This document shows, piece after piece, positions 45,301 through 53,954 of a stretch of 64,000 nt of DNA. The first letter of the stretch is position 1. Every line of letters begins with the position of its first letter. Position numbers and translations under genes: made by a program. Below the pieces are notes generated by a model that was given only the letters and a program-made list of their open reading frames with translations, had not been told where the DNA came from and searched no databases. Origin of the DNA: Steroidobacteraceae bacterium (GTDB taxonomy: Bacteria; Pseudomonadota; Gammaproteobacteria; Steroidobacterales; Steroidobacteraceae); the NCBI GenBank assembly GCA_036501985.1, contig DASXZI010000020.1, positions 11,915 to 75,914 of the forward strand, read 5' to 3'.

Positions 45301-45618
45301 CAGAAGCTGGAAAAGGTCGAGTCCCGCCTCGTTTCGCATGCGCTGCGCAACAGCGACGACAAGTACTTCGTCGAGCCCTACGGTCTGTATCTCGATCTCA
45401 TCTGGTTGAACGCGGAGGTCGGATCCGGCGGAGGCGACGTGGCGGGAGGTGCCGATTTCGCCCCCACCGATGCCCAGCTCGAGAGCCTGAAGTCGCTCGA
45501 GACCGGGGTGTCGGCCGCTGACTCGGACTTCCGCCAGATCCTCGAGCGCGATCTGCCTGCGTTCGATCAGGGACTGGAGCATGCAAACATGGCGCCGCTG
45601 GCGGGACCCCGGAATTGA
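42370..45618 (+). CDS. BNR/Asp-box repeat (sortilin/VPS10-like) secreted protein
   Basis: At least 10 SxDxGxxW-type Asp-boxes (STDGGNRW, STDAGHTW, TSDGGQHW, SHDGGTKW, SDDAGEHW, TQDAGAHW, TTDLGKSW...). Signal peptide. GTG 42370 or ATG 42400. Confidence 0.8.
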   Translation: MHRRRPGNWLMVLVALGGMSAAIASATDSDKESDFKFRFVGPKVGNRIAAATGVPGDPSTYYAGAASGGVWKSTDGGNRWAPVFDKQSAAAIGALAVAPSQPSTVWAGTGEAWAIRDSDVMGDGIYKSTDAGHTWTNMGLPQSGRIGRIVIHPSNPDIVFACVLGRTTGPQQERGVYRTSDGGQHWERVLFAGENVGCSGLSMDPHNPHTLVAGMWQVQMHTWGEFSGGPGSALYISHDGGTKWTRIEEHGLPSPPVGKIDVAIAPTNSRRIYALIQTQDQGSVWRSDDAGEHWNRVNSQRALIGRAGYYIRIAVSPANENEVLVANSSFHQSLDGGENFHEVRWGGDTHDIWIDPTNAARFVITDDAGMLITTVHGRGFHRVHLPIGQMYHVAVDDQIPYFFYSNMQDDGNMRGPVLPIDSDETGWDRHMGGCESGFTVPDVVDPNIVWATCYGDTVTRWDTRYKEAHSVSPWKHTLDSPPNDVQYRCHWTPPLAIDPFDHNTVYYGCQVIFRTTNAGQSWSVISPDLSLHNPAHMVSSGGLVGDNLGQFYGDVVFAIAPSALRKGLIWAGTNDGQIWYTQDAGAHWTNVASHLPGLPPGGTITRIDPSTFDAGTAYVSVDLHLENNRDPFIYKTTDLGKSWKRITGNLPKDELSYARTVTEDPNCRGLLFAGTGNSLFYSLDDGGHWSALKTGLPPAPVTWAVVQKRFHDLVISTYGRGLYILDDITPLEQMATHHSQAPVVLFEPRQTYRFVHGGEAMLNFSLAAEHKDPVQLEILDSQGHEVRKLEGKELPPGINRVKWDLHYDSPRVIALRTLAPDNPRIWEESRFREEDSRPITHWGSKPAEVGPIAAPGSYSVRLTVDGKSYTQPLTILRDPRAPGSDADIQSSVKALLKIRDDISHVSDSVNQMEWLRKQLEVIEAMLRPANKPQKHEESLAEEEDEPDSEPPPAPPRELSDAEKQERDQLLKAALDLDQKLEKVESRLVSHALRNSDDKYFVEPYGLYLDLIWLNAEVGSGGGDVAGGADFAPTDAQLESLKSLETGVSAADSDFRQILERDLPAFDQGLEHANMAPLAGPRN

Positions 45619-45708
45619 CTTCGCGGCGATGCAGTGGCCACACTGGCGCAGGCTGTGAACGCAGCCCATAACGAACGATAACAACGGCTTTCGGGGAGTG
45701 CGCGTTCC

Positions 45709-47688
45709 ATGACGACGATGCCGGTGCTGTCGCAGAGAGAACTGACCGTCCGGGGACTGATCCTCGGCGTGCTCATCACGCTGGTCTTCACGGCCGCGAA
45801 CGTTTTCTTCGGGCTCAAGGCCGGACTGACGTTCGCGACCTCGATCCCCGCGGCCGTCATCTCCATGGCCGTGCTGCGCGGGTTCAAGGGCATGACGGTC
45901 CAGGAGAACAATATCGTCCAGACCGTCGCCTCGGCGGCGGGAACGCTTTCCTCGATCATCTTCGTGCTGCCAGGCCTGGTGATCATCGGCTGGTGGACGG
46001 GATTTCCGTACTGGATTTCCGCCTTGATCTGCGCACTGGGCGGGATATTGGGCGTGATGTATTCGATCCCGCTGCGCCGGGCGCTGGTCACGCAATCGGA
46101 TCTGCCTTACCCGGAAGGAGTCGCCTGCGCTGAGGTTCTGAAGTGCGGCGGCGGCGACGAGGCCGGGGAGGCCGCCGTCGCCAATACCCGTGCCGGGCTG
46201 CGGGCCGTGATCTGGGGATCGATCGTCTCGGCCTCGTTTGCCCTGGTGGTGGCCACACGCATCTTCGCCAGCGACCTGGTGCGCTACTTCAGGATGGATA
46301 CGCGCGGCGGGGTGAGCGGCTTCGATCTTTTCCTGTCTTTCGCTCTATTCGGTGTCGGCCATCTGGTCGGACTGTGGGTCGGCGTCGCCATGTTCGTCGG
46401 AGCACTCGTCGGCTGGCTGTGGGGCGTACCGCATTATTCGGCGCTCAGCGGCAGTCACGCCGCGGTCGCTGTGCTCGCCCATGACACCTGGAATCACCAG
46501 ATCCGCTTTGTCGGCGCCGGCACCATCCTCGTGGCCGCCATCTGGACGCTCGCCAAGCTGGGTCAACCGGTCTATGCCGGGTTGCGCTCGGCACTCGCCG
46601 CCTCACGGGCCCGCCGAACCGGAAACCAGGCGATGCTGCCCCGGACCGAGCGTGATATCCCGATCGGGATCGTGGGCCTGGTCACGCTGGTGTGCCTGGC
46701 GCCGATTGCCGTGCTGCTGGCCAATTTCGATTCGCACGGCGCCCTGGACGAGCACATGACGATGCTGGTCATCGGGGGTTTGATCTACATCGCACTGATG
46801 AGTTTCTTCGTCTCGGCGGTCTGCGGCTACATGGCCGGACTCATCGGCTCTTCGAACAGCCCCTTGTCGGGCATCGGCATCCTGGCAGTGATCGGAGCCT
46901 CGCTGCTGCTGGTCTTCGGCGTGCGCTCGAGTCTGGCCGCCGGAGCCGAGCGCGCCCTGGTCGCTTACGCGCTATTCGTGACGGCTGTGATATTTGCGGT
47001 CGCCACCATCGCCAACAACAACCTGCAGGACCTGAAGACCGGCCAGCTCGTCGATGCGACGCCCTGGAAGCAGCAGGTTGCGTTGATACTGGGTGTCATT
47101 GCCGGCGCTGCGATCATTCCGCCGATCATGGATCTGTTGAATCACGCTTACGGATTTGCCGGCGCACCGGGGCCGATCCGGGAGCACGCCCTGCCGGCCC
47201 CTCAGGCCGGGCTGATCTCGGCCCTCGCCCAGGGGGTGCTGCAGAACAACGTGGATTGGAGCCTGATCGAGGTGGGCGTGGGCATCGGCGTGGGCATGAT
47301 CATCATCGACGAGCTGCTGCGCCGCTTCACGAACGGCGCGCACCTGTCGCCGCTCGCGGTGGGCCTGGGGATCTACCTGCCGACGCAGAGCACGCTGATG
47401 GTAGTCGTCGGCGCCTTCGCAGGATGGTATTTCGATCGCCGCGCCGATCGGCGCTCGAACCCGACGAGCATCAAGCAACTGGGGGTGCTGCTCGCCTCCG
47501 GCATGATCGTCGGCGAAGGTCTCATCGGGGTGTTGATTGCCGGACTGGTTGCTTTTTCGGGCAAGGACTTTCCGTTATCGCTGGTCGGTGATGACTTTGC
47601 CGGCAGTGGTGCGGTGGTCCTGGGCTCGGTCAGCTTTGCATTGATCATCCTGCTGATGTACCGCTGGGTCGCACGCCAGCGCGCTTAG
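45709..47688 (+). CDS. OPT-family oligopeptide transporter
   Basis: 659 aa polytopic protein. RELTVRGLILGVLITLVFTAANVFFGLKAGLTF N-terminus is typical of the OPT superfamily. Confidence 0.8.
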   Translation: MTTMPVLSQRELTVRGLILGVLITLVFTAANVFFGLKAGLTFATSIPAAVISMAVLRGFKGMTVQENNIVQTVASAAGTLSSIIFVLPGLVIIGWWTGFPYWISALICALGGILGVMYSIPLRRALVTQSDLPYPEGVACAEVLKCGGGDEAGEAAVANTRAGLRAVIWGSIVSASFALVVATRIFASDLVRYFRMDTRGGVSGFDLFLSFALFGVGHLVGLWVGVAMFVGALVGWLWGVPHYSALSGSHAAVAVLAHDTWNHQIRFVGAGTILVAAIWTLAKLGQPVYAGLRSALAASRARRTGNQAMLPRTERDIPIGIVGLVTLVCLAPIAVLLANFDSHGALDEHMTMLVIGGLIYIALMSFFVSAVCGYMAGLIGSSNSPLSGIGILAVIGASLLLVFGVRSSLAAGAERALVAYALFVTAVIFAVATIANNNLQDLKTGQLVDATPWKQQVALILGVIAGAAIIPPIMDLLNHAYGFAGAPGPIREHALPAPQAGLISALAQGVLQNNVDWSLIEVGVGIGVGMIIIDELLRRFTNGAHLSPLAVGLGIYLPTQSTLMVVVGAFAGWYFDRRADRRSNPTSIKQLGVLLASGMIVGEGLIGVLIAGLVAFSGKDFPLSLVGDDFAGSGAVVLGSVSFALIILLMYRWVARQRA

Positions 47689-47730
47689 CCGGATTGCATC
47701 AGTGGCGGCAACCGGCCGCGTATCTACGCG

Positions 47731-47754
47731 AGCAAGCCACGTTGCGTGCTTTTT
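47731..47754 (+). terminator. weak intrinsic terminator candidate after the OPT gene
   Basis: Stem AGCAAGC / GCGTGCT with one mismatch, 6-nt loop, followed by TTTTT. Confidence 0.3.
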
Positions 47755-47802
47755 CGCGCCGGGCGAGGCTTTGCAGGATGACAGCAGCAAAGGCGGGATC
47801 TC

Positions 47803-48765
47803 ATGGAATTCCTATCACGAGCCGATTTCGAGGCGGCGCGACTGCGAGCCGCTCCTTTCATCCATCGCACGCCGGTTCTCAGGTCCCAGACGCTGAGCGA
47901 GCGGGTCGGCGCTGAAGTTCACCTGAAGGCGGAGCTGTTTCAGAAGGCCGGCTCCTACAAGGTACGCGGACCGCTGAATGTTCTGGCACAGATGGATCCG
48001 GTCATCAGGTCACGCGGCTTGATCTGCTCCTCCGCCGGCAATCATGCCCAAGGCGTGGCGCGTGCGGCGCGCATCCACGGGGTGCCCGCGGTGGTGGTCA
48101 TGTCCACGCAAGCGAAAAAATCGAAAATCGACGCGACGCGCGCCTACGGCGCCGAGGTCATCCTGCATGGCGATGTGTGGGACGACGCTGATGCCCGAGC
48201 GCGCGAAATCATGCGCGATCGTGGGCTCACCTACGTACATCCATTTGATAACCCGGTGCTGGTCGCAGGTCAGGGCGGCGTCGGCCTGGAGTTGATCGAG
48301 GACGTGCCCGATCTCGACCTGGTGCTGGTCCCCATCGGAGGCGGCGGTCTCATTTCAGGCTGCGCCATGGCCATCAAGTCGATCAACCCCCGCGTGCAGG
48401 TCGTCGGCGTGGAAGCCGCCGGCGCCCCGGCCATGAAACGCAGTGTCGAGGCCGGCCACCTCGTGGTGCTGGACAAAATAGGGCCGATGATCGATGGGCT
48501 CGTCGTCAAACGCGTGGGGGAATACAACCTGCACGTCTGCCGACACTACGTCGATGACATCGTGCTGGTAAAGGAGCCGGATATCTTCGCCGCGATCCTG
48601 TGGTTGATGGAGCGCAGCAAGCTCGTCGCGGAAGGGGCCGCGGCGGCCACCGTTGCCGCGCTTCTCAGCGGAGTGGTTCGCCCGGCCGCGGGCTCCAAGG
48701 TCGCCTGCGTGCTCAGCGGGGGCAACCTGGATATCAGCGATCTGCACGGCCGGGCTTGGAATTGA
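47803..48765 (+). CDS. PLP-dependent threonine/serine dehydratase family enzyme (no ACT domain)
   Basis: PLP-Lys context FQKAGSYKVRG, SSAGNHAQGVA, Gly-rich loop PIGGGGLISG. 320 aa. Confidence 0.8.
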   Translation: MEFLSRADFEAARLRAAPFIHRTPVLRSQTLSERVGAEVHLKAELFQKAGSYKVRGPLNVLAQMDPVIRSRGLICSSAGNHAQGVARAARIHGVPAVVVMSTQAKKSKIDATRAYGAEVILHGDVWDDADARAREIMRDRGLTYVHPFDNPVLVAGQGGVGLELIEDVPDLDLVLVPIGGGGLISGCAMAIKSINPRVQVVGVEAAGAPAMKRSVEAGHLVVLDKIGPMIDGLVVKRVGEYNLHVCRHYVDDIVLVKEPDIFAAILWLMERSKLVAEGAAAATVAALLSGVVRPAAGSKVACVLSGGNLDISDLHGRAWN

Positions 48766-48852
48766 AACGCCGGCCGGGCTGAGCCAGCCAGTCCCGCACA
48801 GCCCGCGGCCTGCATTCCCACCGAAGGCCGATGGGCCCGTACCGTGCGGCCG

Positions 48853-49188
48853 TCAGCCGCCTGGCGGCTTGTAGACCGTACGGACTTTTTTCCCGATCGT
48901 CAGTGCCTTCGCCATATCCGCCGAGGTGTACAGCGGAATAGTCTTCCAGGACTCGAAGACTCCGCTGCCGATGGCCGGGGCGAGCGCTCCGATGTACTCG
49001 GCATGACCGGGCGCCTCGACGATCATCGCCAGACCGTATTCCTGGCCGAGCATTCCATAGAAGCCGATCAGCTTGCCACCGGCAGCCTCGATCGCAGTGC
49101 GGGCCACCGCCTCACGGTCGCTGCCGGTCTCGATGATGCTTTTCAACGAGGCGGGCGAATATTTCGCCATCAGCATGTACAGGGCCAT
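48853..49188 (-). CDS. GYD-domain protein
   Basis: 111 aa. MALYMLMAKYSPASLKSI...GGKLIGFYGMLGQEYGLAMIVEAP is typical of the GYD family. Confidence 0.7.
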   Translation of the reverse strand: MALYMLMAKYSPASLKSIIETGSDREAVARTAIEAAGGKLIGFYGMLGQEYGLAMIVEAPGHAEYIGALAPAIGSGVFESWKTIPLYTSADMAKALTIGKKVRTVYKPPGG

Positions 49189-49335
49189 GAGTGATTCCCC
49201 CGGCGTATTGTTGTGTCAGGGCATCCGCAGGCATGGTATCAGCTCAGGGAATGTGGCGCTCGGGGTCCAAGCGCTCCTGCAGGATATAAGCGACGCCGAG
49301 GGCCGCTGAGGCGATATCGGCCGACTCAGGCCTCG

Positions 49336-49815
49336 ATGAGGCTGGTGGAAAAGGTTCTGGCGTAACAAGGATGTTCGAATATCGCGCTGCTCGAGCGGCG
49401 CGAGTTGACCTATGGAACGACGTGGCACGCTGCCGGTCAAGACACTCTGGCCACTCGCTGCCACCCAGGACCTGGCAGACGCGGTATACCTGGCGAAGGA
49501 CGGACAGACAAATCCTGTTGACAGCGCGCAGGCCTCGCCCGCGCCGCCCGTGAGCGCGGCGTGAGAGTCGTCGAGCATTGCCGTGTCGCCAACATCCTCG
49601 CCACCGGAGATCGTGTCACGGGAGTGACAACCGAGCGCGGTGAGATCCGCAGCGAAATCGTCGTCAACTGCGGGGGCATGTGGGCACGCGATATCGCCGG
49701 CTGGTTCGAGCCCGTAGCCAAGCCCAGGGGCGAGTGCCTCGGCTGGAGTCGGCCGGCGTTCAGCTTTTCTTCAACGGTCCAAAGAGCTTCACGCCCGCTG
49801 CCGCGGGAGATCATT
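49336..49815 (+). pseudogene. eroded remnant of a DAO-family FAD oxidoreductase (dimethylglycine/sarcosine dehydrogenase-like)
   Basis: Family blocks are scattered over three frames with stops and deletions: NIALLERRELTYGTTWHAAGQ (from 49378), VYLAKDGQTNPVD (49484), RAGLARAARERGVRVVEHCRV..VTGVTTERGEIRSEIVVNCGGMWARDIAGW (49522), FFNGPKSFTP (about 49764). Boundaries are approximate. Confidence 0.6.
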
Positions 49816-50049
49816 GAGGCAATGCTGAAGGATCTTCGTGCAGTGGTGGAGACCGTCAAGGGCGGTGGAGGCACCCAGGGAGACTGCAGTACGCCATGGT
49901 GAAGACGCGGCGCACTTCCCGCTGGATCGAGCGGGCCAGGGCGATTGCGCAGAAGACCCCCAGCCGTACGTGCCGTAGTCCCTGTGGCGCTGAGCGAGCT
50001 CAGGTAGAGTACGCCGGATCGATAACCGGCACGATGAGGCTTTCCGACC

Positions 50050-52206
50050 ATGACAACGAGACGAGGGGCTCTGGTACTGATCGGGGGCGCACTTCCCGCG
50101 TGGGCGTTCGCCACGCGTGGGCAGTCACAGCAACTCTCCTCGGCTGTGCCGGTAGGGGATCCCTCGATCAAGGTCATCGAGAATGTGTGGATTCCCATGT
50201 CGGATGGCTCGCGCCTGGCGGCGCGACTGTTTTTGCCGCAGACGGCCAGCCACACGCCCACGGGTGCGGTCCTGGAATATCTTCCTTACCGCAAGCGCGA
50301 CGCCTATCGATACCGGGACGACGTGGCCGGGCCCTCCCTGGCAAAGGCGGGCATCGCACTGCTGCGCGTGGATATTCGCGGAACGGGCGAGTCCGACGGC
50401 GCCATGGTCGACGAGTACATGCCCATCGAGCAGGCCGACGCACTGACAGTCATCGAGTGGATGGCGAAACAGCCCTGGTGCAACGGCAATGTCGGGATGC
50501 GTGGGATTTCCTACGGCTCATTCGTCGCGCTGCAGGCAGCGGCGAAGGCTCCCGCGGCGTTAAAGGCCATCGTCTCGACGTGTGGAACCGAGCAGCGCTA
50601 TCTGGACGACATCCATTATCGGGGCGGCTGCCTCATCAATGACCAGTACGTCTGGGCCATGGAGTGGCAGGTCATCATGCGGGCCCCGCCGGACCCCATC
50701 ATCGTCGGCGAAGAACGCTGGCGGCCGATGTGGAAGCAACGACTCGACGTCGCCGGCCCCATGACGATTCTCTGGAACGAGCACCAGACCCTGGATGCCA
50801 AGTGGCGCGACGGATCGATTCAGGACTACAGCAAGATCCGCTGCGCCATTTACAACGTCGCCGGGATGCTCGATGCCTATCTCCCCTCGGCGACGCGGAT
50901 GATGGAACGCGCGCCACAGGTGCCGCAGAAGGCTCTCATCGGCCCCTGGGCGCACAAGTGGCCCGGCTACCCTCAGCCGGCGGGCCATCGGGGTGAGCCG
51001 ACTGCCGCTGCCAATGGCACTCCGGGTCCAGGCGTGGACTGGCTGCCGGTCGAGGCACGCTGGTGGCGACACTGGCTGCTCGGCGAAAAGAACGGAATCA
51101 TGGAGGAGCCGCGGATGTGGGCTCTGCGGGAAGATGCGCCCCCAGGGGTGAGCTATCCGCATGACACACGCGGAGCCTGGGTGTCCGAGCCCGCCTGGCC
51201 TGCCCAGGAAATCAAAGCCCATACCTACTATCTGAACGCGCAAGGTCTGCAGGAGCAAGCGGGAGCCCACACTCTTCTGGCCCACAAGACAGATCTGACG
51301 ATCGGCTTTGCCAGTCGCTGGTCGGGTGCCTCGGGCGATCCCGAGACCTGGTGGCGGGATCAGGCAGCCGATGATGCGCGGTGCTTGCGCTTCGATTCGC
51401 CGCCCCTGCCGGAACCGCTCGACATCATGGGCGAGCCGATTTTCCGGGTGCGGGTTCGCGCCGACAAGCCGGTAGCCAAACTGTTCGCGCGGCTGACAGA
51501 GGTGCTGCCGGATGGCCGCTCGAACTATGTCAGTTTCGCGCTGCTGAGCCTGACCCATCGCGACAGCGATGAGAAACCTACCGCCGCCGTCGCCGGACAG
51601 GACTACGACCTGCATCTCAAGGGTCACTTCGCCTGCTACCGCTTCGCCAAAGGCAGCCGTATCCGCGTCGCCTTGAGCGAAACCTGGTGGCCGGTCGTAT
51701 GGCCCTCGCCCGAGCCGGTCACACTGCAAGTCACCGCGGGAGCCTCGACCCTCGAGCTACCAATCCGGCCTACGCGCGCAGGGGAGACACCGCCCTTTGG
51801 AATCTATCGAGACCGCTATGCGACTGCAGGAGCGAAGCCGGCGCCTTACGAGGGGGTGCTCGAGAACATCCAGATCACGGGCGAGCCCGGCAGCCGGACC
51901 TTCACGCTGACCGAAGGCTCGCTCGATCCGAAGGGCGATCCGATTGACGGGCTCGAGACCCTCTACAAAGAAGCGTACAAGCTCCGCCGCGCCATCCGGG
52001 AGAACGATCCCAACAGCGCGGAATGGGAGGCCGAGGCCATCAACGTGTACGAGCGCCCGGGCTGGAAGGTGAAGCTGCGCGCCTGGAGCCTGTGCAAGTC
52101 AACGCCGACCCACTTCGTCTGTGCGGAGAAATTCGAGTGCTGGGACGGCGAGCGCTCGATTTTCTCGCGCAGCTGGGAGAAGAAGATCCCGCGCACGCTG
52201 GTTTGA
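50050..52206 (+). CDS. CocE/NonD family hydrolase (S15 X-Pro dipeptidyl-peptidase type)
   Basis: Tat/Sec-like leader MTTRRGALVLIGGALPAWAFA. LEYLPYRKRD. Nucleophile MRGISYGSF. 718 aa. Confidence 0.8.
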   Translation: MTTRRGALVLIGGALPAWAFATRGQSQQLSSAVPVGDPSIKVIENVWIPMSDGSRLAARLFLPQTASHTPTGAVLEYLPYRKRDAYRYRDDVAGPSLAKAGIALLRVDIRGTGESDGAMVDEYMPIEQADALTVIEWMAKQPWCNGNVGMRGISYGSFVALQAAAKAPAALKAIVSTCGTEQRYLDDIHYRGGCLINDQYVWAMEWQVIMRAPPDPIIVGEERWRPMWKQRLDVAGPMTILWNEHQTLDAKWRDGSIQDYSKIRCAIYNVAGMLDAYLPSATRMMERAPQVPQKALIGPWAHKWPGYPQPAGHRGEPTAAANGTPGPGVDWLPVEARWWRHWLLGEKNGIMEEPRMWALREDAPPGVSYPHDTRGAWVSEPAWPAQEIKAHTYYLNAQGLQEQAGAHTLLAHKTDLTIGFASRWSGASGDPETWWRDQAADDARCLRFDSPPLPEPLDIMGEPIFRVRVRADKPVAKLFARLTEVLPDGRSNYVSFALLSLTHRDSDEKPTAAVAGQDYDLHLKGHFACYRFAKGSRIRVALSETWWPVVWPSPEPVTLQVTAGASTLELPIRPTRAGETPPFGIYRDRYATAGAKPAPYEGVLENIQITGEPGSRTFTLTEGSLDPKGDPIDGLETLYKEAYKLRRAIRENDPNSAEWEAEAINVYERPGWKVKLRAWSLCKSTPTHFVCAEKFECWDGERSIFSRSWEKKIPRTLV

Positions 52207-52215
52207 GGCGCGCCG

Positions 52216-52992
52216 CTAGGCCGCCAGCCAACCCCCGTCGACTACAAGATTGGCGCCCGTGATGTAGGTTGCGCGATCGCTGGCGAGGAACACCGCGGCG
52301 TTGGCGATATCCTCGGGGCGGCCGAGGCGGGGCCAGGGCGTGCGGCGGCGGGCGTTCTCGAGCAGGGCCGGATCCATCGGGATTCCGGGCTTTCCGGTGA
52401 TCACTTTGCCCGGCGAGATGCAATTGCAGACGATCCAGTGCCTGGCATAGTCGGCGGCAATCTGCCGCGTGAGGTAGATCGCCCCGGCCTTGCTTACTCC
52501 ATAGGCCGTATCGTGCGGCGAATTGACGATACCCTGTTGGGATCCCAGATTGATCAGGCGCCCGCGAGCTTCTTGACGCGGCTCCTGGGTCATCATCTGC
52601 TGGACTGCGCGTTTGCAGCCATAAAACATGCCGGTCATGTTCACATTCATGACCCGCTCCCAGTGTGCCGAGCTGCTCTCCAACAGCCCGGTTCCGGAGA
52701 AGATCGCCGCGTTGTTGACCATGATGTCGAGCCGTCCCTGCCGCTCCACGGTGCGGGTGATGGCCCGGTCGAGCTCATCCCAGCTCGCGACATTCGCCTG
52801 CTCGAAGAATGCGCTGCCGCCCGATCGCACGATCAGCTCGGTGGTGGGCTCGCCGCCTTCGAGGGGTTGCTGCGTGATATCGAGCACGACGACGCTCGCG
52901 CCTTCGGCTGCAAAGGCCATGGCGATCGCACGCCCGATGCCTGAGCTGGCGCCGGTGACGACGGCGGACTTGCTGCTTAGCAAACCTGGCAT
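52216..52992 (-). CDS. classical SDR-family oxidoreductase
   Basis: TGASSGIGRAIA, NNAAI, YGVSKAG. Confidence 0.85.
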   Translation of the reverse strand: MPGLLSSKSAVVTGASSGIGRAIAMAFAAEGASVVVLDITQQPLEGGEPTTELIVRSGGSAFFEQANVASWDELDRAITRTVERQGRLDIMVNNAAIFSGTGLLESSSAHWERVMNVNMTGMFYGCKRAVQQMMTQEPRQEARGRLINLGSQQGIVNSPHDTAYGVSKAGAIYLTRQIAADYARHWIVCNCISPGKVITGKPGIPMDPALLENARRRTPWPRLGRPEDIANAAVFLASDRATYITGANLVVDGGWLAA

Positions 52993-53016
52993 GGCACCCC
53001 ATCCGCGGATTGGGCT

Positions 53017-53937
53017 TCAGTCATTGGGTATTGCGTAGACCTTGCCCTCGTAGGGCGACCGGTCGATCTGATCCAGCGCCGTCACATAGACGGTGCGCTC
53101 GTCCGGGCTGAATGCAAGGTTCGGCACCTTCGGCGAGGGCAGAACCAGCTCTCGCAGGAGCCTGCCCTGCGCGTCGAGGACGAAAATCCGCCCGAGCAAC
53201 TTCATGTGCAGATCGCGCGGACTCTCGCCTACGTAGATCTCGCCGCGCGAGGAGATCTTTATCCCGTCCGGCCAGATCGGGGCGACATGATTCACCATGT
53301 CATCCAGATTCACGAATACGCGCCGGCCGCTGAGACTCCCGTCGGCCCCGATGTCGAACTGCAGCAGCCGATGCTCCTCGGTCTCGGCAACGTACAGGGT
53401 CTTGCCGTCCCGCGAGACCACCAGGCCATTGGAGTAGTGGAAATTGGCCGCGACCTCGGTAATGGTCTCATCGCGGGCGATGTAGAAAACCTTGCCGTCG
53501 ATGATCGGACCCGTGTGGCCCGAGGCGGTGAAGTAAATGCCGCCGCGCCCATCCGGTGCCAGGTCATTCGGCCCCTGAAACCGGTTGCCGGCCTTGTCAT
53601 GCGTATAGGGAGGCAGATCTCCGCCGTCCGCCGAGATGCGGCCGATGGTGCCGTTGTCGTAACAGGTCGTCAGGAAATCGCCGCGACTGGTCGGCACCAC
53701 CGCGGACTGGCCGCAGCCCTTCTGTGCCGAGAACACCTTGTTCGTCTTGCCGTCCCACACCATGACGGCGTTACGGTCGTATTCCACGTAGTACAGCTTG
53801 CCTCGATACCAGACGGGCCCTTCCGGAAAGTGTGCGTCGTCATTCAGCACGACCGCGCCCGCAGCGGCTGCTGGCGTTGAGACCGTTGCCGAGAACGCGC
53901 ACAGGACCTGCAGCAGTGCGGCCTGAGACATGCGCAT
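53017..53937 (-). CDS. SMP-30/gluconolactonase/LRE-family protein with signal peptide
   Basis: Leader ALLQVLCAFSATVSTPAAAAGA. FPEGPVWYRGKLYYVEY and six-blade-type repeats. Confidence 0.75.
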   Translation of the reverse strand: MRMSQAALLQVLCAFSATVSTPAAAAGAVVLNDDAHFPEGPVWYRGKLYYVEYDRNAVMVWDGKTNKVFSAQKGCGQSAVVPTSRGDFLTTCYDNGTIGRISADGGDLPPYTHDKAGNRFQGPNDLAPDGRGGIYFTASGHTGPIIDGKVFYIARDETITEVAANFHYSNGLVVSRDGKTLYVAETEEHRLLQFDIGADGSLSGRRVFVNLDDMVNHVAPIWPDGIKISSRGEIYVGESPRDLHMKLLGRIFVLDAQGRLLRELVLPSPKVPNLAFSPDERTVYVTALDQIDRSPYEGKVYAIPND

Positions 53938-53954
53938 GGATTCGAAGCTCCTGT

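Noticed and set aside
49561-49902. The 113-aa ORF, considered as an intact small gene.
   Set aside because: Its first 50 residues are an internal block of a DAO-family flavoenzyme. The neighbouring blocks lie in other frames, so it is part of a pseudogene.
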